55,329 bases of DNA from Nitrososphaerota archaeon. Its GTDB lineage: Archaea; Thermoproteota; Nitrososphaeria; Conexivisphaerales; UBA164. A program made the position numbers and the translations under genes. This document shows, in pieces, positions 20,945 through 31,678 of the stretch. Numbering within the stretch: position 1 is the first letter of the stretch; each line of letters opens with the position of its first letter. The stretch is taken from assembly GCA_029786595.1 (NCBI GenBank), contig JAFLXO010000005.1, positions 4,652-59,980 on the forward strand, given 5' to 3'. The notes beneath the pieces are model-generated. The model was not told the origin of the DNA. It was given only the letters and a program-made list of their open reading frames with translations, and made no database searches.

Positions 20945-22084
20945 ATGCAAAACTTTGCAAAATATAGTGCAAAAGATACTATAACAGAATTAAAAAATAG
21001 ACATGCTGTAAATCGAAATATGGCATTACAACTTTTAAGCAGTGATATCAAATGGCTATTGTCAACGGCATCACAATTAAGAGATCTTGGCCATGGTAGG
21101 ACAATTACATATTCAAGGAAGGTATTTCTAGCCATAACAAACCTCTGCAGTGATAGGTGTGCCTATTGTGGTTATAGAAAGGAACCTGAGGAAGGTGGAG
21201 GGTATATAGGTGAAGAGGAAGTAATCAAGCTAATTCAGGCTGGCAGGTCGCTTGGTTGCACAGAAGCGCTGATAATGGCCGGTGAAAGGCCAGAAAGCAA
21301 ATATGCACAAGCAAGGGCATTTTTGAGAAAAAAAGGGGTTAACTCTACCGTAGACTATGCTTACCATATTGCAGAGCTTACGCTGAATTACGGCCTTATA
21401 CCACACATAAATGTGGGTGTGTTATCGGCAAATGAAATGAAAAAACTTAAGGAGGTTTCAGCGAGCATAGGCCTGATGCTTGAATCCACATCACTAAAGC
21501 TTCTTGAGCCGGGTGGTGTTCATCGCTTCTCACCGAGCAAGAATCCGAGGCTGAGGACCAGAATGATGGAAATTGCTGGAAAATTACGAATACCGTTCAC
21601 AACAGGCATAATTTTGGGCATAGGAGAGAGGCCGAAGGACATAATTGATTCTATTTTTGTTATAAAAAGGCTCAATGAAAAGTTCGGGCATGTTCAGGAA
21701 GTAATTATTCAGCCATTTAGGCCTGAAAAAGGTACCCCCATGGAAAAAACCCAAGGCCCATCACCGGAGATGGTTCAGAGGGTTATAGCTGTTGCCAGAA
21801 TTGTACTTGGGCCAAATATGAACATTCAGTCCCCACCGAACTTGGTTCCTGATTGTAAAAGCATTGTTGATGCAGGGGCCAATGATCTGGGCGGCATTTC
21901 ACCTCTCACTAAAGATTATGTTAATCAGGATTATCCATGGCCTGGCATTGAAGCCTTATGCAAAGAATGCCATCGTAGTGGCTTTATCCTGAAAAATCGG
22001 CTCCCCATTTATCCGGAGTTTGCAAGTAGGGAAGGTTTCATGAGTGGGCGAATTACGGCTTTACTTAACAGGAGGGCGAACTGA
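20945..22084 (+). CDS. cofG: FO synthase subunit CofG (radical SAM)
   Basis: ITYSRKVF..TNLCSDRCAYC, GCTEAL..GERPE, PFTTGI, GHVQEVIIQPF, IQSPPNL, DLGGISP.T.D.VN. Confidence 0.95.
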   Translation: MQNFAKYSAKDTITELKNRHAVNRNMALQLLSSDIKWLLSTASQLRDLGHGRTITYSRKVFLAITNLCSDRCAYCGYRKEPEEGGGYIGEEEVIKLIQAGRSLGCTEALIMAGERPESKYAQARAFLRKKGVNSTVDYAYHIAELTLNYGLIPHINVGVLSANEMKKLKEVSASIGLMLESTSLKLLEPGGVHRFSPSKNPRLRTRMMEIAGKLRIPFTTGIILGIGERPKDIIDSIFVIKRLNEKFGHVQEVIIQPFRPEKGTPMEKTQGPSPEMVQRVIAVARIVLGPNMNIQSPPNLVPDCKSIVDAGANDLGGISPLTKDYVNQDYPWPGIEALCKECHRSGFILKNRLPIYPEFASREGFMSGRITALLNRRAN

Positions 22085-23299
22085 ATGAAAATTGGCCTGT
22101 TTGAGGATGAAGAGCGCGCTAGGGCTGTCGAAAAAGCACTTGCTGGACAGGACCTTAACGGTTTGGAGGTGGAAACGCTGCTGAAATCACGTGGCCATGA
22201 CCTGTTTCTGCTCGGCCTCGCAGCAGACCATCTGAGGAAAATCACGGTTGGTGACACGGTAACGTACGTGGTTAACAGGAACATAAATTACACGAACGTA
22301 TGTATACTGAACTGCGAATTTTGCGCTTTCAGCAGAAATTACAGGAGCCCCGAAGGGTTCTTCATACCTGTCGATGAAATTGTCAGGATGGCAGAAGAGG
22401 TTTGGAAGCTCGGCGCAACTGAAGTATGCATCCAGGGCGGTCTCCCCCCAAAAATGGATTGGGGGTTTTATCCCCGGGTCCTCAGGGCCATAAAGTCAAG
22501 GGTCCCGGAAATGCACCTGCATGCCTTCTCACCCGAAGAGATATGGTACGGCTCAAAGCTTTCCGGGATGAAGTACAGGGACTTTATCAGGATGCTGAAG
22601 GAAGCAGGGCTTGACAGTGTGCCGGGCACATCCGCGGAAATTCTTGACGATTCTGTGAGGCGGGAAATATCCCCTGGCAGGCTGAGCGCCGATGAGTGGA
22701 CCAGCATAATGCGGGAGGTTCACAGTCTGGGCATACCATCTACAGCCACGATAATGTACGGGCATGTGGAAAGTGAAGCGCAGAGGGCCGGGCACATTGT
22801 AAAGCTCAGGGAGCTGGAAAAGGAAAGCCCCGGGTTCACGGAGTTTGTGCCCCTGAGCTTCATACCCTACAGAACGCGGCTGCTAAAAAGGGTCAACGGG
22901 CCCCCGAGTGCCGCTGAAGTGATTGCGCTGTATGCGACATCGAGGCTGGTGCTTAATAAGTACATAAGGAACATACAGGTCTCATGGGTAAAGGAGGGCC
23001 CAAGGTTCGCTCAGATGCTGCTGAACTTTGGCGCAAACGATTTTGGCGGCACCCTGATAAACGAAAGCATTTCCTCGGAAGCGGGTGCGGGGCACGGGCA
23101 GTTTTTGTCGCCGGCCGAAATAAGGAGGCTCATTGTTGAGGCTGGAAGGAGGCCCGCGCAGCGGGATACAGTGTACAGGATAATCAAGGAGTTTGATGGC
23201 GTTTATGATGCGAGCCCGGTACCCCTTGAATCGATAAACTACGATGACTCCAGGTTTGGCAATTATAGCACAACGGTCAGGAAATGGCGGTACAAGTGA
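22085..23299 (+). CDS. cofH: FO synthase subunit CofH (radical SAM)
   Basis: VTYVVNRNINYTNVC..C.FCAF, EVCIQGG, HAFSPEE, PGTSAEIL, NIQVSWVK, NDFGGTLINESIS; adjacent to cofG. Confidence 0.95.
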   Translation: MKIGLFEDEERARAVEKALAGQDLNGLEVETLLKSRGHDLFLLGLAADHLRKITVGDTVTYVVNRNINYTNVCILNCEFCAFSRNYRSPEGFFIPVDEIVRMAEEVWKLGATEVCIQGGLPPKMDWGFYPRVLRAIKSRVPEMHLHAFSPEEIWYGSKLSGMKYRDFIRMLKEAGLDSVPGTSAEILDDSVRREISPGRLSADEWTSIMREVHSLGIPSTATIMYGHVESEAQRAGHIVKLRELEKESPGFTEFVPLSFIPYRTRLLKRVNGPPSAAEVIALYATSRLVLNKYIRNIQVSWVKEGPRFAQMLLNFGANDFGGTLINESISSEAGAGHGQFLSPAEIRRLIVEAGRRPAQRDTVYRIIKEFDGVYDASPVPLESINYDDSRFGNYSTTVRKWRYK

Positions 23300-23997
23300 A
23301 GGTCATAATCACTGAGCTTATGGATTATGAAGGCTGGATATCCCGCCTCGGAAATGACAGGGAGTGGAAGGTTCAGGCGGTGCAGCACAGGCTTTATTCA
23401 GAACTGCAGGAAGCAGTGGCAGGAGAGGGGGGTTTCCTTGTACCAGCTACCTTCCATCATATGCTGATCATAGCCAACGGCATTGAAGAGGATGGCTACA
23501 GAAGGATATTTGACACGATGAATGTGGTTTCACCCGTACCATACAGGGCCTCAAGCGGGTCAGGCAGCACCCCTGTAGGTGCTATAAGGGAAGCGTTTGG
23601 GGGCATTGGCACGCTTGCCCCGCGTGAAACCCGTTTCGGGGTGCCGGATTTCAGCAACATTGTTGCGGCGCACTTCGATGTAAACTCGTACCTGAAAAAA
23701 CTTGAAGCTGGAACCCTTGTTGAGGGAATATCTGAAGTGGATAAGCTTGCAGGTTCAGTTAACATTCTGTCCAAAGAACTCGGGGGCATATCTGTATACC
23801 TAGGCGGGGACAACGTTATAATGTTTGCCGGTGAAGATTCGCTTGGCAAGTTGCAGAGCATTAAACTGTATGGGTCGAAGGTGGGAATCGGGGTTGCCGG
23901 CAATGCCAGGAGTTGCATGAGGCTGGCCGCAGAAGCGCTGCATTTTCTGAGAAGGAACAGGGGGCAGGTTGTGAAGGTCATTTATGATAAGCCTTGA
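23284..23997 (+). CDS. gch3: GTP cyclohydrolase IIa (GTP cyclohydrolase III)
   Basis: YEGW...LGNDREWKVQ, HFDVN, YLGGDN and KVGIG motifs. Confidence 0.88.
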   Translation: MAVQVKVIITELMDYEGWISRLGNDREWKVQAVQHRLYSELQEAVAGEGGFLVPATFHHMLIIANGIEEDGYRRIFDTMNVVSPVPYRASSGSGSTPVGAIREAFGGIGTLAPRETRFGVPDFSNIVAAHFDVNSYLKKLEAGTLVEGISEVDKLAGSVNILSKELGGISVYLGGDNVIMFAGEDSLGKLQSIKLYGSKVGIGVAGNARSCMRLAAEALHFLRRNRGQVVKVIYDKP

Positions 23998-25030
23998 CCT
24001 GGCCGGCGCTTTTACGGGGAAGGACCTGGAGTTTGAAGAAAACGTTACAATAGAAGTCAACGACGGCATAATAACGGACGTTTATAAGAGGAGGAACAGG
24101 GGGCTGGACCTGATAGCAATGCCATCCCCGGTCAACTCCCACATGCATACAGGAGACTACGCATTTCCCGAGGCGGGAAACTGGCTTGGGATTGAGGAAC
24201 TGGTTGCACCCCCGAACGGCCTCAAGCATATGCTCCTTAAAGATACTGGAACTGAAACAGTAAGGAAGGCTAGGGTGGAGGCACTCGAGTTGAGCTGGGC
24301 TTCAGGGGTTGCTGCGGTGGCTGACTTCGTGGAGGGAAACCCTGATGAAGCCAGGGTGCCTGCGGTGCCAAGGCACATAATTCTCGGGAGGCCGGGAAAA
24401 TGGTCCGGGCGAATGGATGGCCTGGGCCTGCCAGACGTCATATCCTATAATACGGATGCGCTGAGGGAAATTTCCGCCGAATTCAGGGATGTGCCAGTTC
24501 TGGTCCATGTATCGGAAACCAGGCGGCTGCATGAAATGAATGATTTTAAAATTGCAATGGATGCGCTGGCCCCGACGGCGATAGTGCACGGCACGCACCT
24601 GACTAGGGAGGAGATCAGGGAACTGGCAGGAAGAGGGGTAGGCGCTGTGCTGTGCCCTAGGTCCAACGCCTGGTTTTCGGTGGGAAATCCGGATATAGCA
24701 GGCATGCTGGACGAAAACGTGCTGCTGGCTCTGGGAACCGATAATGCCGGATGGATAAAGCCTGACATGTGGAGAGAAATTGAGGCAGCCGCGCTGCTGC
24801 TCAGGTCTCAAAAACCCTCATTTAATGACCCTGTGGAAATAATAAAGATGGCAACGCTAAATCCGCTTAAAATTTTCGGGCTTGAAGATACATCCATAAG
24901 TAAGGGAAACAGGGCGTCATTTATACTTATTAATTCCGGGCCCCTAGCTATTGAGAGGTCAAGGGATGTGGCATGGTCAGTTATAAAGAGGGCTGGGCCC
25001 GAGTCGGTATCTAAAATTGTGGTGGGATAG
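23984..25030 (+). CDS. Metal-dependent amidohydrolase/deaminase (SsnA/cytosine deaminase-like)
   Basis: NSHMHTGD, HVSE, VHGTH, CPRSN and LGTDN motifs. Confidence 0.9.
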   Translation: MISLDLAGAFTGKDLEFEENVTIEVNDGIITDVYKRRNRGLDLIAMPSPVNSHMHTGDYAFPEAGNWLGIEELVAPPNGLKHMLLKDTGTETVRKARVEALELSWASGVAAVADFVEGNPDEARVPAVPRHIILGRPGKWSGRMDGLGLPDVISYNTDALREISAEFRDVPVLVHVSETRRLHEMNDFKIAMDALAPTAIVHGTHLTREEIRELAGRGVGAVLCPRSNAWFSVGNPDIAGMLDENVLLALGTDNAGWIKPDMWREIEAAALLLRSQKPSFNDPVEIIKMATLNPLKIFGLEDTSISKGNRASFILINSGPLAIERSRDVAWSVIKRAGPESVSKIVVG

Positions 25031-25032
25031 CA

Positions 25033-25686
25033 ATGAACGTGCCCTATATAACCATATTTTCAACCATGACGGTTGATGGACGGATAGCAAGCTATGTTGG
25101 ATACTCAAAACTGAGCTGTAAATATGACCTGTTGAGGCTTCACCGGTTAAGGGCGGAAAGCGACGCTGTGATGGTCGGTGCAGCCACGGTAATAGCAGAC
25201 AATCCGTCTCTGAGGCTGAAGTATTTTAATGGCAAGGACCCTGACCGCATAATTGTTGACGGCCTGCTAAGGTCGTCTGTAAATTCCAGGGTCTACACGG
25301 AAAACCCTCAGAAGACCGTGATAATGACTACAGGTTTGGCTCCAGAAGCTGCAATCGGCGCCCTGATGGCAAGAGGGGTCAGGGTGGTTGTTGCGGGCAC
25401 GGGCCCGCAAATTGACATGAAGGTTCTGGCCGGCAGGCTGTGGGAAATGGGCTACAGGAAGGTTATGGTTGAAGGCGGCGGCAGGCTTAATTGGTCGCTG
25501 ATAAGTTCTGGCATGGTTGATGAAGTCAGGATAACAGTTTCACCTTACATATTCGGGGCGGGAAGGAGCATTTTTGACGGCGAAGGTTTCAGGACTACCC
25601 TGGACGGACCTGTGCTAAAACTGAAGAGTTCGCAGATATGCGAATGCGGAAATGAAATACATGCCATATATTCTGTGGACCACTAA
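25033..25686 (+). CDS. arfC: 2,5-diamino-6-ribosylamino-4(3H)-pyrimidinone 5'-phosphate reductase (RibD C-terminal family)
   Basis: MTVDGRIA, HRLRAESDAVMVGA.TV..DNPSL, VMVEGGG.LNWS. Confidence 0.88.
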   Translation: MNVPYITIFSTMTVDGRIASYVGYSKLSCKYDLLRLHRLRAESDAVMVGAATVIADNPSLRLKYFNGKDPDRIIVDGLLRSSVNSRVYTENPQKTVIMTTGLAPEAAIGALMARGVRVVVAGTGPQIDMKVLAGRLWEMGYRKVMVEGGGRLNWSLISSGMVDEVRITVSPYIFGAGRSIFDGEGFRTTLDGPVLKLKSSQICECGNEIHAIYSVDH

Positions 25687-25707
25687 ATTTTGCCAAAGTT
25701 TAGCTAA

Positions 25708-26325
25708 CTATAGTATGAACGATGAGTTAATTTGTACAAAAGGATTAACGAAATGAGGCTTGCCCTTGCCGTAAATTTTCACAAATTCCCTTATTTTTTC
25801 GATATCTTCTTCAGAAAGCCAAGGATATTTTACAGTCCTGTAAATGGTTTCCGGTAAGGCCGAGGCTATTTTTACAGATTCTACAAGCGAGTCAGCGTTG
25901 AACCTTGTCCTCACCACATATTCGTATTTTTCTCTTTCAAAAGGCGGGGCTTTGATGTCTATTGCGAAACCGTCCACCTTGTCTGAAAGTGATCTTAGCC
26001 CTTCCGGCATAGACCCATTTGTGTCAACTCTCATTAACAGGTCTGGCCGTTTTTGCCTGATTAGTTCAACAAGATTGATAAGTTTTTGCCTGTGTAGTGT
26101 AGGTTCACCACCGGTCACAACTACCATATCTATTATAAAATTGTTTTCCAATTCCCATATCAATCTTTCAACCGGTAGTTCTTGAAAAGTGCCTTGGGCG
26201 ATCTCCCAGTTATGACATTCCCTGCACCTGTAATTGCAGTAAGGCAAGTATATATTTAGTGTCATGTATCCGGGATGATCTATACCAGAAGCCAGTGTAC
26301 CAGCCACAGGTGGCAAGTCATTCAT
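25708..26325 (-). CDS. nrdG: Anaerobic ribonucleotide reductase activating radical SAM protein
   Basis: CNYRCRECHN, VTGGEPT, DTNGS, IDIKAP; directly downstream of nrdD. Confidence 0.9.
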   Translation of the reverse strand: MNDLPPVAGTLASGIDHPGYMTLNIYLPYCNYRCRECHNWEIAQGTFQELPVERLIWELENNFIIDMVVVTGGEPTLHRQKLINLVELIRQKRPDLLMRVDTNGSMPEGLRSLSDKVDGFAIDIKAPPFEREKYEYVVRTRFNADSLVESVKIASALPETIYRTVKYPWLSEEDIEKIREFVKIYGKGKPHFVNPFVQINSSFIL

Positions 26326-28365
26326 TTAGAAGTCACCGGATGCGAATGTATCAACATCGCTCTCCGTTAGTATGCCACGTGTAACCCAGTCACCCCTTCT
26401 TGTATCTTGCCAAACGTTTTCTTCACCTTCGTACAAACCAAGGGTTGAGTCCTTCACCTTAATCCTCTTTGCTATGGGCCTGAAATATCCAATCACCCTT
26501 GAATATATTACAGTATTTTGACTTTTACATGATGGACAGGTCAGGTATTCCCCAACAAACTTGCGCTTGCAGTCGTTGCAAACGGTGAGTGTGGGCGTAA
26601 GGGTTGCATACTTGACGGGGTAGTTAAAAAACATGGATCTGATGAGCCTTTTTTTAGATTCAGCTGGCAATTTCTCACCCAGAAACAGGTGTAACACTGA
26701 ACCGCCGGTCGCATAATTCTGCGTTATGGCTGATGTATAAACTAGCTTTGATATGCTCTTGCAGCTGAACGGTGGCTGGAATCCTGATGTAAGTAAGGGC
26801 CTTTCTTCAGAGATTGAGACGAAAATTTTCCTTTTTTTAAAAGATTCAGACCTGCTGGTATAAATTTCCCTGTAAAGTTTGAAATTATTACAGCTTTCAT
26901 TTGTAAGGCACCTTGCAAATTCAAGATCTTTTCTTGCTAGGTAACCTGCTGCTGTTTCCATCGGAGCATACTCAAAGTTCCATGCAATACCGTCTTTTCT
27001 CTGAAATTCTTTTATTTTTTCGAGCATATGACCTGCAACAATCTTGGCTAAATGCAACCCTTCTTCGCTCAAAATTCCATCATTTATCCCAAAACTGATG
27101 AGACCTTCGTGACCTCCCCCCAGCGAAATCGTATTAAAATAAGTGTTAAGTGACCTGTCAACATAATAAAAGAAGGTAGGATAAAGATCCTCGTGTTCCA
27201 GAATAAACTTCCTCTTTTTGTTCAGCACTGTTCTTGCCTTTTCAAGAAGAATGTCCAGATGGTTCAGCAGTCCATCAAGATCACCACTATACAGGTAACC
27301 CAATCTGTTAAAGTTAATGGTAATCACGCCTATAGAGCCGACACCGGACACATTTCCAAATATCGAGCCCGTGTGAGATACTTTAGTTAGCTCCTCGAGG
27401 TCTACTTGAAATCTGCAGCAAAACGACCTCTGTAGCTTGGGATTTCTGATCTCAAGGTTTTCTACCTTAGCGCGCCATTTTTCATCTTTGAACGGCTCGC
27501 TTACATAATTTTCTACGTATATCCCACCGAAATTGTCCATGAGGTCCAGCAGGACATTAAATACCTCTGAATCCCAATCAAAGTCATCTGCAATGTAAAC
27601 TGTAATGAGAGGGAAAGTCCACGGTTTGCCTTCAGCATCGCCCTGACTCATAACCTCAAAGAATGCCTGATTAACCTCATCATATATTTCTTTGGGAATT
27701 TCGCCAAAGGTAACAGTGCTGAAACTGTATTTGTTTCCTATGGTCACTGGTTCTTCAGTAAGGGCCGGTGCTGGACCGCCCAATGTAACTGTAACGTTGG
27801 TAAATGGGGAATTGCCACTCCTAAAATCCAGGTTCACATTATAAACAAAGGACTGAAATGCGTTCTTTATGTCGCTGTAGGTTAATTCTCTTTTTTGCCT
27901 CTCATACCATACATATGCAGCAGCTGCCGTTGTAAGATCGTTTAATGCTACTGCTCCAGAAATCTCCTGACTTACCTTTAGTATAAAATTAGCACTCTGA
28001 TCCAGAAACGTTTTGAGGTGCTTTGGGGGGTTCGATTTTATTGAAAAACCATTAAGCGACTGAAGGCCGTGCTTCATTATATCTAATGCTGAAAAACCCG
28101 CACAGTAAGGGCTAAGCATGCTCATCTGGTGGTGATACCACCATCCTTCATCGTGAAGAAGCCTTTCATCTTCAGACAGCATCTTATCCAGATAATATTC
28201 TTTTTGAATGAAGGCTGATATAATTCCAGACATTGCAGGCAAACTGTATATTAAATTTGCATTATGCCTGCTTAGTTCATCTTTAGTTAAATAATTTTCG
28301 ATCAAGGAAAAAATCCTTTCTTCAGATGATAGTGAATTCGTATGCATGTTGGATGGATTATCCAT
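26326..28365 (-). CDS. nrdD: Class III anaerobic ribonucleoside-triphosphate reductase, no N-terminal ATP cone
   Basis: PYCAG, TFPLIT, SFCCR, GSIGVITIN, TGGSVLH, CNDC/CPSC zinc site and YSRVIGYFRP glycyl-radical motif. Confidence 0.95.
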   Translation of the reverse strand: MDNPSNMHTNSLSSEERIFSLIENYLTKDELSRHNANLIYSLPAMSGIISAFIQKEYYLDKMLSEDERLLHDEGWWYHHQMSMLSPYCAGFSALDIMKHGLQSLNGFSIKSNPPKHLKTFLDQSANFILKVSQEISGAVALNDLTTAAAAYVWYERQKRELTYSDIKNAFQSFVYNVNLDFRSGNSPFTNVTVTLGGPAPALTEEPVTIGNKYSFSTVTFGEIPKEIYDEVNQAFFEVMSQGDAEGKPWTFPLITVYIADDFDWDSEVFNVLLDLMDNFGGIYVENYVSEPFKDEKWRAKVENLEIRNPKLQRSFCCRFQVDLEELTKVSHTGSIFGNVSGVGSIGVITINFNRLGYLYSGDLDGLLNHLDILLEKARTVLNKKRKFILEHEDLYPTFFYYVDRSLNTYFNTISLGGGHEGLISFGINDGILSEEGLHLAKIVAGHMLEKIKEFQRKDGIAWNFEYAPMETAAGYLARKDLEFARCLTNESCNNFKLYREIYTSRSESFKKRKIFVSISEERPLLTSGFQPPFSCKSISKLVYTSAITQNYATGGSVLHLFLGEKLPAESKKRLIRSMFFNYPVKYATLTPTLTVCNDCKRKFVGEYLTCPSCKSQNTVIYSRVIGYFRPIAKRIKVKDSTLGLYEGEENVWQDTRRGDWVTRGILTESDVDTFASGDF

Positions 28366-28519
28366 CCAACTAAAAAAACATTTTGGTTCCGTTTTAGTGA
28401 CTGGTTAGAATAAAAAGCAAGCTTGCTCACCGTAGTATTATGTCCGACAAGGAAATGAACAAGCCAAAATTGGATACAAATTGGGATGATATAGACCTCG
28501 GCCTAGGTTTACCAATACC

Positions 28520-29368
28520 TCCTTTGTTGCACAAATTTGACAAGGTTGCATAATTATGACGGCCAGAATACAACAGGAAGCTGGTTAATGAGGTAGTTGA
28601 CGTGTTTGTCAGCACAGACCTGACCGGGAGAAGCAGGTGAACAAGGATAAGAGGGGCAAACCGTACAGCTATCCTGATGCGCTGATACTTGCTGTTAGGG
28701 AATGGCCTGCCGGCAGACGGAGGGATTTGCTAAGATTCTCGGGGAGCAAGGATACCGTCATATGCAGGAAGCAGAAGGAGCCCAAGTACTTCTTGATGCG
28801 AAATAAACTGGTTGATATAGCAATAGATTCCACAGGCATTAAGGCATTCAATAGAGGGATCAGGCAGAAGCGTGACAGGAGGGGTGGGTAAAGCTGCGAC
28901 AAAGCCAACTAGCAGTGTTCAAGTAACTGACGGGAAGGAGTTCGGCAAGCTTGCTGCAAAGAACACGGCGGGAAAGATAAGCAGGGTTTTGGCGATTCAG
29001 CATATGATTCAAGGGCTATCTTCAATTACGCCGTAGGCGCTGAGCCTGTTATCAAACCAAGGATGAACTCCACAGGCAAGGGATCCTATATAAGGGCAGT
29101 GAGGGAGTTCCTGTCAGACCCGCAGGCATGGAAGAAGAAGCACAGGTAGGGTGGCAGGTAGAGACGGTGTTTTCCTCATTGAAGAGGATGGTAGGGGGAA
29201 CACTTCACATCAATACTGAGCTCAGGGATATTCAATGAAATCATGTGTTCACGTACAATATGGCTAACAGAAATGGGGACAGACTATAGGGGACAGACAC
29301 TAAAGATCATTAGGGGACCCTTTTGATGCAAATATAAAGAGTAAGATCATAAATTATGCAACAAAGGA
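28520..29368 (+). mobile_element. Decayed IS5-family element with both terminal inverted repeats
   Basis: TCCTTTGTTGCACAA ... TTATGCAACAAAGGA; internal sequence homologous to 19930-20911 with many small deletions; no clear target duplication. Confidence 0.9.
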
Positions 29369-29403
29369 TTGCGAACAAAACCTTTGATAACAATTTAATT
29401 ATT

Positions 29404-30159
29404 TTATATTCTGATAAAAATCGCTGGGTTTAATATGACATATAACATGGCCAAACCGGCAATTGATGACATCACTGCGAATGCCCAGTCATTTTTAGCT
29501 AGCTGAAAACGGTAAAGCAGTGTTGGCCTATCAGACATACCGTATCCTCTTACAGTCATTGCATCAGCCAGTTCCTCGCTCCTTCTTATTGTCATCACCG
29601 TGAGGGGCATCAGCAAGGGCACCAGAGCCCTTACCTGCTTCACAGGGTTTTTGAAAGTAAATTCGATACCGTGCGACATCCGGGAATGAATTATCTCCTG
29701 CAGGTCAATCAATATTACAGGTATGAATTTAACCGCTGCGGCAAACACGAAGGTCATATCGCGGGGCATACGCGCAAACCTCCCCATGGCTTCCAGCTCC
29801 TCGAGCAATATGACGGCGCTGATCAACGATATTGACGCCATCATATTAATAAATTTCAACATGGAGACTAAGGCCAATCCCCACCCATCTGCAAGAAACA
29901 CCAGCAGGAACAGCAGAATTGAAAATATGAATGCCGACCGCAGGATTATTATCTCCCTGTGTATTGAGTTTGCAATTGCTGCAAATGCCATCACTGATGC
30001 CAGTATAATCAGTGCGGCAAACACGTTATTTGCAATTAATGAAGCGAATACTGCAATAACCGGGAAAATCGGCCTTACGAAAGGATTCCTTCGATGAACA
30101 ACGCTGTTAATTGGCCTCTGTATGAACGCCTCATAAAAACCACTCATTATAAAACTCAT
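29404..30159 (-). CDS. ecfT: ECF transporter T component (EcfT/CbiQ)
   Basis: Hydrophobic N-terminus; KFIP..LQEI..SR..G and RRSEELADAMTVRGY coupling motifs. Confidence 0.92.
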   Translation of the reverse strand: MSFIMSGFYEAFIQRPINSVVHRRNPFVRPIFPVIAVFASLIANNVFAALIILASVMAFAAIANSIHREIIILRSAFIFSILLFLLVFLADGWGLALVSMLKFINMMASISLISAVILLEELEAMGRFARMPRDMTFVFAAAVKFIPVILIDLQEIIHSRMSHGIEFTFKNPVKQVRALVPLLMPLTVMTIRRSEELADAMTVRGYGMSDRPTLLYRFQLAKNDWAFAVMSSIAGLAMLYVILNPAIFIRI

Positions 30160-31628
30160 TCTTCATCGTCTCCTGCAGGTGCCCAATCAGCATCATTGAT
30201 GAATTCTCTCGTCTCTTCAACACGAGCCGCTACAACATGTATAATCCTCGGGTGTATAAATCGCTTGACGAATTCTGTATCATGGGTTGCTACTATAATC
30301 GTCTTTCCGGAGTCAACCAGGAATGACAGTAGGCGCGCCATACCAGCTTTATTCATAGGATCCTGCCCCACGGTGGGTTCATCAAGCGCAAGAACCGGCG
30401 GATCCCAGGCCAGAGACGATGCTATGCATACCCTTTTCTTTTCACCCCAGCTTAAGGTGATCGGCGATCTGTCCAGGAGGTGTTCAATGTTAAGCGCCTT
30501 GGCCACGGCTATCGCCCTCAACTTGGGGTTTTCGACGCCGAAGTTTTTTGCTCCTGTCTCTATTTCATAAATTACCTTTTCAGTAAAAAGCTGGTGGTCC
30601 GGGTTCTGCATGACCAGACCGACATTTCTTGAAAGTTCAGTAACTCTTGCCTTCCTTGTGTCAACACCACATACCAGAACCCTTCCATCGCTTGGCCTGT
30701 ACACTCCGTTGAGCAGGCGCAGCAACGTTGATTTTCCACTTCCGTTTGGCCCAACCAGGAAAGTCAATTCCCCAGGCATTATCTCAAAGCTCGCGTCTTT
30801 AACTGCATAATTGCCGTTTGGATGCCTGTAATATGCATGGTCAAACCTTACTCCCGCTTCACAGCTGCTTTCTGGCATTAAACGATCAAGCCGCACATCC
30901 AATTCCTGGGATGTCTGAAAATGGCTTAAGGCTCCATCAACGTTGCCATAATAGGACGCTCTGCCATTCTCCAGTATGAGCGCCCTATCAGCGATTTTCC
31001 CAAGGAGTTCGACCCTGTGCTCCACTATTATGCTGAATACCCCGAACTGAACGCTGAGCTCCCTTATGATTCTGAGTATCTTCCTTGCGGCCCACGGGTC
31101 CAGGAAGCCCGTTGGCTCATCCACTATAAGTATCTTCGGCCTAAGCACAATAGCGCCGGCTAGCGCTACCCTCTGCTTCTGTCCATCGCTGAGCTCAAGG
31201 GTCGGCCTCCATTTAAGGTCAGAAATTTTCATGGCTGAAAGTGCCCAGTCAACCCTCCTTACCATTTCCTCAAACTCAAAACCGAAGTTCTGCATAGAAA
31301 ATGCCACGTCTTCGCGCACAACTGTAGAAACTATTTGGTTATCAGGATTTTGCGAAACGTAGCCCACAGATCTAACTACTTCATCCATTGGCATTTCAGC
31401 TACTGCCCTGCCCCCTACAGCAATGCTGCCCTTCCATTCTCCGCCGTAAACATGCGGTATCAACCCCACTATAGCTTTCATAAGGGTTGATTTGCCGCAT
31501 CCGCTCGGACCCGCAATTAGTAGCATTTCCCCCTTATTGCCTTCAAGATTTACACTATTCAGAATCCATTCTTCAGCATCAGGATATCTGTACCAGAAAT
31601 CCTTCACGTTTAGAACGCTATCGATCAT
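30156..31628 (-). CDS. ECF transporter double-domain ATPase
   Basis: GPSGCGKST/LSDGQKQR/VDEPT and GPNGSGKST/LSWGEKKR/LDEPT. Confidence 0.95.
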   Translation of the reverse strand: MIDSVLNVKDFWYRYPDAEEWILNSVNLEGNKGEMLLIAGPSGCGKSTLMKAIVGLIPHVYGGEWKGSIAVGGRAVAEMPMDEVVRSVGYVSQNPDNQIVSTVVREDVAFSMQNFGFEFEEMVRRVDWALSAMKISDLKWRPTLELSDGQKQRVALAGAIVLRPKILIVDEPTGFLDPWAARKILRIIRELSVQFGVFSIIVEHRVELLGKIADRALILENGRASYYGNVDGALSHFQTSQELDVRLDRLMPESSCEAGVRFDHAYYRHPNGNYAVKDASFEIMPGELTFLVGPNGSGKSTLLRLLNGVYRPSDGRVLVCGVDTRKARVTELSRNVGLVMQNPDHQLFTEKVIYEIETGAKNFGVENPKLRAIAVAKALNIEHLLDRSPITLSWGEKKRVCIASSLAWDPPVLALDEPTVGQDPMNKAGMARLLSFLVDSGKTIIVATHDTEFVKRFIHPRIIHVVAARVEETREFINDADWAPAGDDEE

Positions 31629-31678
31629 CGTGTACCGGATGCGCCAGTGAAATTAAACCCAACTGACGAAGCGTATTT

